A stretch of DNA of 62,383 nt, filler included, from Choristocarpus tenellus KU-1152 (taxonomy: Eukaryota; Protista; Phaeophyceae): NCBI GenBank assembly GCA_964200185.2. It is 11 parts of 11 records of this genome, joined end to end, with 100 filler letters (N's around TTAATTAATTAA, not from the genome) between each part and the next. Parts side by side here need not be neighbours in the genome. Positions count along the whole stretch, not along the records: positions 53,355 to 57,914 come from CAXNAD020014006.1; positions 58,015 to 62,383 come from CAXNAD020014873.1; 9 more parts are not named here. The stretch is one strand, 5' to 3'. This document shows positions 53,490 to 62,383 of the stretch, piece by piece (position 1 is the first letter of the stretch; every line of letters starts with the position of its first letter). A model generated the notes under the pieces. That model ran no database searches. It saw only the letters and a list, made by a program, of their open reading frames with translations, and was not told the DNA's origin. A program made the translations under genes and the position numbers.

Positions 53490-55000
53490 TCATTTTAGAG
53501 TTTGACTCATTCTAGGCATCATCGTACATGTGCTTATTGTGGAGGTTCTGTGAGATCAGCGTTCAGACTAGTCAAATATGCTGACTCTTTCACCAAACGG
53601 ATAGATTTTTTTCACACTGCCTTGATGAGCAACCGTGAGATTGATAAAAGTCCTCTCTATGAGATTCCTTCACCATGGGTGTGTTACGATCCAGCAATAT
53701 GGACAGGTTTGAGAAGAACCTAAGTGATCTGTTAGTAACCAGATACCCATATATACCCATAAAGTATACATATATAACCCTAACCCTTAATCTTACCACT
53801 CCCCTCTCCCCTATAAAGCACATGTATATTACTACAGATATAATATATAGAGATCCGATTACTAAGAGTTCGCTAGAGTCCTGTTTGACTTTTTCAAAAT
53901 ATTTCTAGGGAGTAGGGAATACTGCACAAGGAAGTTACAGCAGTGCTATTAATGGGAGTGCCCTATGGGTTAGAGATTGAACCCTTCACCATAGGGAGTG
54001 TAGCACTAACTATCACAAGTGACGACTATTATAGCATGAAGCAACTGGAATTGAGAGTGCGCCAAAACAGAATCATGGAACCAAACAGAGTGAAGGTCCC
54101 CGTAAGGACAGAATTTCGAACAAAGAGGGATATTGGTGATAAAGATAGTTCCTAGTTTCAACACCTTGTATCTCAGACCCGAGAAGGTTTGGTCGGGGTG
54201 ATGGCAATGAATGTGAATGCGATCAGGACAACCAGCCCGACTGTGTTAGAGTTAAAGACGAAGACCATATGATAATGACGTCCAAAAAAGGTCAATGCAT
54301 CACGTAGATGTGGGAAGGTGGACCAGAACAATACACGAGAAAACAAAAAAAGTAATTTATTTCCAGTCATCATCAGTGGTAAAGCTGCTATCACAATTGA
54401 TACTGAGAGAAGTCAAAGTATTAACAGAGCTTGAAGTTTTGTCCAAACATACATCCAAATGATGTATGACAGGACCTAAGGTGTATCACTTGAGCTTATT
54501 ATTTGAATGCTCAAAGATGAAGTACTCGAGGTTCTGAAACATACCATTGGAAAGACATTAATACCTAGTCAGGTCCACCGTATGATGCTTCACTCCCATC
54601 ACCGAAAGGAGATCCTCCTATGGTCCACACTGTTTTGCAGATAGGTAATGCACGGAGCACATGCTGTCCCACAAAGGTCACGTTGTGAAGACTGAGTGTG
54701 AGAGTGTCAAGTCGACTGGGTAAAAACAGTGACTCCTATTTGCAGGATCTGCTTCATGCATGAGGGGTACATCTGGCTTTCCAAGATGTTATTGTTCGTG
54801 GATCTTGCTAATGGAAAACAGGAAGCAAGGTGGACAGGAGAATTGGTGAATGTGGTTGCAAGATGATCTCAAGAAGTTTAGAATTGTGATTGAGGGGTGG
54901 AACGCAAGGGGAACCAACCAAAAAGCAGGGTTGGTACAAGCGTGTGGTTGATGGCACGACCAGTATCATGGCCAAGTGACATTCAAAGGAATATCATGTA
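53490..55000 (+). mobile_element. Degenerate Ty1/Copia fragments (RNase H end, then gag-like and integrase-like pieces)
   Basis: RHH...VKYADSFTKRIDFFHTALMS (Copia RNase H C-terminus, about 53510-53630); LLMGVPYGL (gag-like, about 53945); YIQMMYDRT*...LKDEVLEVLKHTI (integrase core start, about 54450-54560). Confidence 0.6.
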
Positions 55001-56670
55001 GCTGGTATAAATCATCCTAAGGCAGCAGCTAATGCAGCCAAAGCCATCAAGATCACCACCATCACTGTTATTCGGTGAATAATACTGATATTGATTTTCA
55101 CTATACTTACATTTTGAGTTGGCATTTGTGGACCTATTTGGTACGACCAATGGTTTTTGTGGGTCAGTACTATAAAATCCTCCAAAGCTTACCTCCACGG
55201 ATGCATATCTCCAGTCACAAGCCTGCAGATTGCGCTGATGCAAGTTCAGGACTCCAGATGCACAAGACATGAAGTATGCTGGATCTTTAACTAGGATTAT
55301 TCCTTTCACTAAAATCAATATCATTCTATAAAAATGAACTTATCAACAATATTTTATATCAATCTAGAACAATAATAAAATAAAATAAAACAGTCAAGAA
55401 GTACACAACACACAAGCTCTAGGATTTCAACGCCATAGTGGCGTTTCTGAAACCGCCATATAGAAATATCCCCTGTAACATGAGTGCATCACATCAAGGC
55501 TCTCTTGGTCAACCTTCCACATACGTTAGGTACTTTCTCGTCCCACAACAGTGATGAAAAAAGATAAAGACAGGCTATTTCAACGTTCCTGCTTGCCATG
55601 TCGAGCATGGATTATCTGCACATTGGGAAAAAACAAATGTCAGACAAGCGGAAATGACCATATCATTCGTCATTTTTCGATTTTTCTCATTAAACCTGCA
55701 CTCTAGTCTATCAGAGACTGGGGATCCTAACTTGAACCTGCCTAGCCCCGAACCATGGTTAGGGGCGCTACACACTGCACTGCTGCTCACTAACCGTTGC
55801 ACTACTACATAGTACAACCAATTGCGCTGCCCCATGTGTGTCTTGCATCTTTCTCGCACATTGGGTTCAGGCATCGCACCGCTTGTCACGCCACCTACTT
55901 CCTTGAATCTCGCGCTTTAGAGACTCCTTGTGACTCAGTTGTTAATCAAGGCTATTCCCCGCATGAGGTTTGCTGATTCAAACCCCATCAGAAGCCAGAC
56001 TTCTTTCCTTGAAATCTGGTTTTGGTTATCCAGAATCCATTGCCAAGCAATTGAAACGCACCTATCTGTACTACCATTAATTACATCTGTCGCTCTAAAC
56101 CAGAACGCCAGGGAAGAAGGCTGACGTGGTAGGGCTTGATTGGCTCGCGACGAGTAGGTACGTCCAGCATAAGCCTTGAGGGAGAAGACGGAGCAACAAG
56201 TGGTGGGATGACTCAACACACCCAAGGAGAGCGAAGAGCAAGGTACGAATGGAGGCAAGTACGCTTAGCCACACTGCAATAGGTAAGTCACATTATTACA
56301 CACTCTCAATAGTCAGTATGAAAGGAAGTGCAGTGTGTAGTGGCTGTAATGACGAGTGGGGATAGTCCTCTATATAGATGAAAATAAAGAAATGAACCAA
56401 CAGTATATATAGTATCATCGTAATGTTGGCAACGGTACCACTCACGTCCAAAACACCTATCAACTCAATTACAGTTATAATGTTTATGAGAACTAGTGCT
56501 AGAAGTGACAATTTCTCGGGCTGCCACAATAAAGCTCCAGGGCGTGATTAAGGTTTTCTGCTTTTTTTTTGTGGTTTAGTGACAAGGGAAGGGGAGGGGA
56601 GAGAAGGGTAGAAAGGGGAAGAAGAGCATGCAGTTGATTTTGCTAGGGAGATGGAATGTGTGCGTGAAGT

Positions 56671-56743
56671 GGGGGATTAGCTCAAATGGTAGAGCGCTTC
56701 CTTAGCATGGAAGAAGTAGTGGGATCGATACCCACATTCTCCA
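56671..56743 (+). tRNA. tRNA-Ala (anticodon AGC)
   Basis: 73-nt cloverleaf GGGGGATTAGCTCAAATGGTAGAGCG-CTTCC-TTAGCAT-GGAAG-...GGGATCGATACCCACATTCTCCA with a G3:U70 pair, followed by a T6 terminator at 56748. Confidence 0.95.
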
Positions 56744-56779
56744 TATCTTTTTGAGCTTTCTTCTGACTCTTCTTGGAGG

Positions 56780-57200
56780 ATAAACTGTTTCTTCCTCAAT
56801 TAATTTCGAGGGTTCGAACCCTCTATCGACGCCGGACTTGTTGTTTTCACTGAAATCTGGTTTTCCATTGTATATCCAATTCTGTGATTGACTATCAAAA
56901 CGGTTTGCAACACCACCAGTGGACCATCCTGTCTGTCTCTGTACCACAAGAACAACACTGGACCAATATCGACGTGGCGATGTCCAGCCCAGTTCAGACC
57001 AAGATCCGAGGGAGGAGATGGAGGGACGAGAGGGGAGGGGAGTGGAGCAAACCCAACGCATGTGGACAGTGTAACAGTTACAGTTATAAGTGGTAGTTGT
57101 ATAGTTGTATATTTGTATAGTATGGGAAGTATAGTGCCGTGAGTAGTAAGTAGTACATCTGACCACAGAACGGGATACAATAGTCCCCAAACTAAAGTGA
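56780..57200 (+). mobile_element. tRNA-related SINE-like repeat directly downstream of tRNA-Ala(AGC)
   Basis: B-box GGGTTCGAACCC at 56810-56821. The body is colinear with 44500-44910. Confidence 0.55.
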
Positions 57201-57254
57201 AGAAAACAAAGAAAAATAATGGGAATCAAATTTCAAGTCTCAAATTTCAAGTCT

Positions 57255-57340
57255 CAAATTTCAGATCTTCGTCAACAACAAGTCTGACATCGAGTAGTGG
57301 GTTTGAACCCAAGGACATCTAAACCCTTGAACGGAACTGC
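57255..57340 (-). mobile_element. Truncated head of the same SINE-like repeat, downstream of tRNA-Ala(UGC)
   Basis: Minus strand GGGTTCAAACCCACTACTCGATGTCAGACTTGTTGTT...CTGAAAT versus GGGTTCGAACCCTCTATCGACGCCGGACTTGTTGTT...CTGAAAT at 56810. It ends in a short 14-bp tandem repeat (TCAAATTTCAAGTC, 57226-57263). Confidence 0.6.
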
Positions 57341-57368
57341 AATGCTAAGATAGGACACTAAAAAAGGC

Positions 57369-57441
57369 TGGAGCGAGGGGGATTTGAACCCCCGATCTTT
57401 TCGGTGCAAGCGAAACGTGTTAACCCCTTCACCATCGCCCC
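57369..57441 (-). tRNA. tRNA-Ala (anticodon UGC)
   Basis: Reverse complement GGGGCGATGGTGAAGGGGTTAACACG-TTTCG-CTTGCAC-CGAAA-AGATCGGGGGTTCAAATCCCCCTCGCTCCA has a 7-bp acceptor stem with G3:U70 and a T-run terminator 3 nt downstream. Confidence 0.92.
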
Positions 57442-57489
57442 TATTCGTAGAGGTACTTCCTATCGTAACGTCTAGTCGAATTGTTTAAT

Positions 57490-57680
57490 CGCACTACTCA
57501 CAACCTTCCAGAACCAGAACCTACTCTTGAGCGATGGATGGGCCATTTGCGGTCCTTAACGGATGCCAAATCGACCAATCTCGACCCCACTATCACCCAC
57601 TTCCTCGAGCCATTGCCCCCTTACATGCCACTCGCGCCCATGAGTCTACAACAGGAGAGTTGAACGCACCATACTTCCTT
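57490..57680 (+). mobile_element. LINE ORF2 fragment (region preceding the RT domain)
   Basis: TLERWMGHLRSLTDAKSTNLDPTI resembles the L.RW..HF..LLN.KS..LDP motif of RTE-like LINEs. Confidence 0.6.
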
Positions 57681-58239
57681 TGACAATCAGAAAGGCTTAG
57701 AGTATCTGAGAGGGGGTGGCGGATGTCCATTTGGGGCCAATTTTTTCGTCTTGCGATTTTTGGGTGATTTGGTTGCATACGTCGGATATATAATGTAAGT
57801 GCACTTTTCCTGGCCTTGACCCAAATGGACACCCTGTTACAAACAGCGGATCATGATAATGGCGGATGGATCATTTCATGGAGGATGGGTTTGACCGAAA
57901 TGGTGCGCGGAAAGNNNNNNNNNNNNNNNNNNNNNNNNNNNNNNNNNNNNNNNNNNNNTTAATTAATTAANNNNNNNNNNNNNNNNNNNNNNNNNNNNNN
58001 NNNNNNNNNNNNNNCTTTCCGCACCATTTTCGGTCAAAACCATCCTCAATAGTACTCTCCATCCTCAATTTTTAAAATCCACTGTTAGAGGGAGTGTCGA
58101 TCACAATGAATGAAGGCACCACTCACCGCTACCTGTAGCAGCAATCATGATGACCTTCCGAACTAATACTTCTACTACTACTACTACTATTATTAGTAGT
58201 ACTGCTACTGTTAGGAAGTGACAAGACAGACAGACAAAT

Positions 58240-58500
58240 CATGTGCAGCACCACAGGAAGATGGAGGCAATTTACCACTCTCACTCACACGCCAAGCTAC
58301 TGGCATACGAGCACAAAATGATCATGTCTAAGATCCTCAAAATGCAACGCAAGGGACGCCCAAACGCATCGCAACATGCTTGGCTTCGCCATATTTGAGC
58401 CTCACCTATTTTGCTAAGATCCTCACCAGAAACAACTATCGGTTGCTGCAGAAAATATAAATACCGATTTGTTCTGCCCCAGATGATCACTTGCCCCTGC
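58240..58500 (-). mobile_element. Possible LINE RT C-terminal relic
   Basis: RTNRYLYFL...DLSKIGEAQIWRSQACCDAFGR...IFLWCCT resembles the F.YLG...DL..EI..RI..A...FG.L...LLYGC region. Very degenerate. Confidence 0.4.
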
Positions 58501-58764
58501 AAATCCCAAGATCTGAACAGGTGAGCCTGCTTCTCAAAGTGCGAGCCTGCATTAAAAACATGATTTATGTTCCAAAAAATTGGAATTTTTATCTGTGCGT
58601 TACAGTTGTACAGGTAGTTGTAGTTCAAAGCATGATCCAATGATGCCCAAACATTAGGCAGGTGGAGAGATGTAATCATGGAGAAAAAACAACATGCAAC
58701 GTCCTTCGAACTGTGGTCAGAAAAAACGTCAATACAGCAAGATAACACAAAATAATATTTAACA

Positions 58765-58933
58765 GTGTGAAAGTATCTGGGGGGGGGGGGTCTACACCAG
58801 GGTGTCCATTCTCAGGCCCTGACCATGAAAAGTGGATCTACATTATCCATCCAACCAAATCACCCAAAAATCGTGATGTGGAAAAATGGGCCCCGAGTGG
58901 ACAGCCGCCGCCCCCTCCCAGATACTTTAAGCC
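58765..58933. mobile_element. MITE family B, complete copy
   Basis: TIRs GTGTGAAAGTATCTGGGGG ... CCCTCCCAGATACTTTAAGCC, with ACA on both flanks. Partial copies occur at 1-23, 10485-10558, 32851-32949, 37794-37822, 42865-42946, 43047-43072 and 57693-57835. Confidence 0.85.
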
Positions 58934-60042
58934 ACATTTTCTGATAAATTGTTGAAGAGATACACAATGCAACAATGCAGAAAACACAAAAGCAAGGCCC
59001 AGCAGTCAAGTTCCCTCCGAAACTAAAGAGGTACCTCAGCAACAGGATCAAACACCAAATTGAGTTCAAGGAGGGGCGTAAATCCACTCACAATCAAGCA
59101 TCAGAAAGAAACATAGCAAGTTCTGTACACCCGCATAGATCTATGCATTTTGATCAGAGTATGTTTGGTGTCTTAATTGCTTTTTGTAATGGCTTGTGAA
59201 TGATCGCCTTCTCCGTATTGCATTTACATAATCTACAGTACGAACAGAATACACACATGATCCACTGTATGTACCCACATAAATAAATAGCAAATGTGTG
59301 AAACGATACATACACAGTGACACAAAAGAGTTCAACTCCTAAAGGTTCGTGATAACTGTAGACCACATTTCTCAACATCTCATTCATCATGTCCAGTCAG
59401 TCTACGTAACTTGACCGCAGTCCACACATGTCTTCACATACAATACGTCCCAGGCTCTGCGCCTTGGAGCCCTGTATGTAAAATTGGACTACGGAACCAA
59501 ACGACTCAACCTTTAACTCATGTTATTCCTTCACAGGAAGAAAAAGACAGCAAAAAAAACTGTCAACAGGGACTTGTTTAGCATGTGTTGGGTGAAGATG
59601 GACCACCCCCAACAAGTGCTGCTTCAAGGACCAAGGTCCCAAAAAGCAGTGCAAAAATGTATACTTGTATGAAGTCAATGGAGAGTGCTCCTCACAAAGG
59701 ATACTATGAAACAGTGAACACCACCATGGCAGGTCCCCACAGTCAGGAGTCTAACAAACAGCTGTACAGTATGCTAATGTAAAAAAAAGACCCACCACAG
59801 CAACAGCTTCGATAATTGATGCATAAAGGGGAGGCGTACAGGGGTTACACTTGCAAACACTTGATGTCCTCATCAACACAGATACACACAGACACACACA
59901 CAGACATGTCCCTGGTCACAAAATATATCGAGGTCAATTACCCTCACTACACAAGGGACACACCTTACATACCCGGGGCTTGCCTCTTCTCTACGAGCAA
60001 CAAACCTTACTCCACTCTACCAGGAGTGTCTACCCCTCACAC

Positions 60043-61460
60043 TCAAAGCAGGTAAGAACAAAGATAGTAAAACATGGTTGAAGACACTAGTGACGCTGCA
60101 GTCACCACCCCCATAGGCCGCCAGATATTTCCTGTGCTGGTGATGGAGCCAGGTTCCTCAAATGTAGGCCCTTCTATCGAAGACCCCGATGCAATCCCCC
60201 CCAACAAAACCAGTGAATAGGACTGGGATTCAGTTGTGAGATCCCCAGCAGACACAGTAACCGTCCAAGTCCCAACTTCCGCGTCAGCTGCAGGCACTAT
60301 CACCCTCTCCACCACGTTTGAAGTGTCTGCATCTCCTGAAGACCACATCACGTAGACTAACCCACTCGGAGACGTAACTTTCAAGTCAAGATCGTTCATC
60401 AACTGAACTGCAGACAAAACCGTTGCCGGAGGGTCCATCCAGCTGAGAGTGACCCGCATCTCCTCACCATCATCCACAACCTCAACGCTGTACACGTCTT
60501 GCGTATTGGAGACAAGGCTGGCATTCGAGGAGTCCACTACAAGCATTGCTCGGTTCCCAATTGCACCCAGGGGCAGGCTCGCCTCCAAATGGACGCGACC
60601 AAAGCCTCGAGATCCGTTTGGTTCCGACTCCCCATCTAGAAGGTTTGCTCCGTTGACGAGGACGGCCTGGGAAAGAGGAGGGGGGAAGGGATTCACACCG
60701 ACAACATAGAACAAATAAACAGAGAGATCACACCATACTTCACTTCTTACCACTAGTGCTCGTTTCTAGTCGAAACGGTTACGAGTTTTGCGAAGGGCAC
60801 AAGGATCAACGGTGGGGATACTATTGCAGTGATAAAAAAAAAATGTGAAGTGTCTGTCGACTCTGTTACCTCCGCACACCGAAGAAGTGTGCGTCTCTTA
60901 TCGAGTGGATCCTCAAGCGTGATCTCCCTTTAGTTGAACACCATTTTTTATTATTATTTCTTAAAGAAACACCGTTGTTGACGAGTCAGGGGGTGATAAA
61001 AAAAAAAAAAAAAATAAACCCCGCCCCCCCCCAACAACCCCCTCTCTGTGCTAAAAACGGGTCTATATATCGAGACTCGTACGTTCCCAAGTACGGAGGC
61101 ATTTTCATTTGAAGATAACCCTAACCCTAATCATACCTCCTTCATGGAGATGCCTTTCAAGCGGACACCTACCTATCTATCTGCTAGTGAGGAGGCAGTC
61201 AACGGTACGCACAGTGGGAATCCATCGCAGGGATAGCAAAGAACCAACTAGCGAGATAGGAGGGAAGGGAAGGGGAGATTAACTGAGAGACACGGAACCC
61301 ACGATATGCCGGCCTGTGACGTCACCTTGACTGTTGCCCCCGATGGCGCAAATGTACCGCAGGTAAACGCCGTCTCGGTGTTGTTGTTGTTTACCCCACA
61401 TAAACCACGCTCCTCAAGGTCTGCTAAGTAAAACGCCTCATCCTTGAAGTACTGCCTCAC
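60043..61460 (-). CDS. Subtilisin-like (S8, KP-43/TagA-type) serine protease, C-terminal exons
   Basis: Exons 61460-61326 and 60666-60043 give VRQYFKDE...APSGATVKAVLVNGA...RGFGRVHL...MRVTLSWMDPP...NDLDLKVTSPSG...NVVERV, the post-catalytic region and C-terminal beta domain. The protein ends in a hydrophobic tail (possible TM or GPI signal). Confidence 0.87.
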
Positions 61461-61510
61461 CTGGATCGATAAGCAATACACCCAAGGGGTCAGTCGTGTG
61501 TGCTAGGCAT

Positions 61511-61563
<53 letters not shown>

Positions 61564-61897
61564 TGTGTCAGCGCAGACACAGCGGTGCCTGTGTACATTC
61601 CTATCTCTTACGGTTTTCCTCTCCTTAGAAGTCACCTACATTTTTTCCTCTTTTGTTTCCTCTTTTTCTCCACTGCAGAATGGCCTACAACCCTAACCCT
61701 AACCCCTTGAACAGACCCCTCGCACAAATCTCTGTTAATATATATATATATATACAAACAAAAAAATATATATATTTGTGTGTGTGTTTGTGTGTGTGTG
61801 TGTGTTTTTTTTATCAAGACCGTCATCACAGCACAATCTCGAAACGGAATGCAATTTGAACACAACCAATAAATAAATAAATAAATAAAATATCTAC

Positions 61898-61936
<39 letters not shown>

Positions 61937-62383
61937 CGTGTATGACTCTCTTATCGATAAGATATCAATAAGAGAGTCAGAACGACCCTTCTCTTCACAG
62001 ACCCCCCCCCAAAAAAAAGAAAAAACGAACGCCGGTCGAAATTTATTTTCACCTCCTCCTACCTCCAAAACCCTCTACCTCTCCACCAAAATGAAAGGCA
62101 CTCACTACCTGCCCCCACTCTTCTGATTGGGTAGATCATCACTGCAGCGCACACTCATGAACATTCTAGAACATTCTAGTTGCAGATAGATGCGACTGTG
62201 CTGCAAAGCACCGATGTATTTGGGGGGCTTGAAGGGCGTGTGCAGTGTCCTAAGACATATTTCTCGAGAGAGTTCAGAGCACCCCTCCCCCCCCCCCCCC
62301 CCCCCCCCTCCCCCCCCCGCCCAGCTCGCACGAGCCCACGCCCGCCCGCCACTCACCTCCGACGATCGTATGCCGCCTCGTGC

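Larger units (their letters stand above)
3146..58014. other. Ten artificial contig-joining spacers (44 N + TTAATTAATTAA + 44 N)
   Basis: Identical 100-nt blocks at 3146-3245, 10385-10484, 16046-16145, 28609-28708, 32950-33049, 37694-37793, 42947-43046, 45642-45741, 53255-53354 and 57915-58014. The 12-mer is palindromic and has stops in all six frames. Separate 10-N scaffold gaps occur at 28257-28266 and 46096-46105. Confidence 0.98.

Noticed and set aside
55560-56290. GC-richer stretch with several short ORFs
   Set aside because: No recognisable motif and no consistent splice pattern, so no call can be supported.
3190-57970. Recurring palindrome TTAATTAATTAA as a biological motif, and gene clustering across it
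   Set aside because: It is always centred in identical N blocks. It is an artificial six-frame-stop linker, so adjacent contigs are not known neighbours.
57842-58086. Apparent large inverted repeat spanning the last spacer
   Set aside because: Two separate contigs each break at the same position of repeat family D. They could be two ends of one element, but the adjacency is not evidence of that.

Overview
This is eukaryotic, intron-rich nuclear DNA, most likely from a stramenopile. A brown alga or close relative is inferred from the LINE/Copia protein motifs, the intron density and the TTAGGG repeats. The window is not one locus. It consists of 11 contigs joined by artificial 100-nt spacers (44 N + TTAATTAATTAA + 44 N), so gene neighbourhood across spacers is meaningless. 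By reading GT-AG boundaries and exon phases I reconstructed partial spliced genes for proline dehydrogenase, a possible YacP/NYN-type protein, a multi-WD40 protein, a Q/G/P-rich eIF4G-like N-terminus, a Popeye-type cyclic-nucleotide-binding membrane protein, a tandem CCCH (TTP/ZFP36-like) protein, a rolling-stone-like membrane protein, a GRAM-domain protein and a subtilisin. There are two tRNA-Ala genes, degenerate Copia, LINE and possible Tc1/IS630 relics, three MITE families sharing one terminal motif, a tRNA-related SINE-like repeat and several minisatellites. The most interesting patterns are: (1) the same SINE-like head about 60 nt downstream of each of two dissimilar tRNA-Ala genes, suggesting tRNA-targeted retroposition; (2) 15 dispersed short (TTAGGG)2-3 tracts, one apparently grown inside a MITE terminus; (3) a modular foldback palindrome; (4) a stop-containing micro-exon in an all-phase-0 eIF4G-like gene; (5) a Popeye-domain protein with a transit-peptide-like leader. 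All family assignments come from motif recognition by eye, not database searches. No prokaryote-type system such as CRISPR is present.
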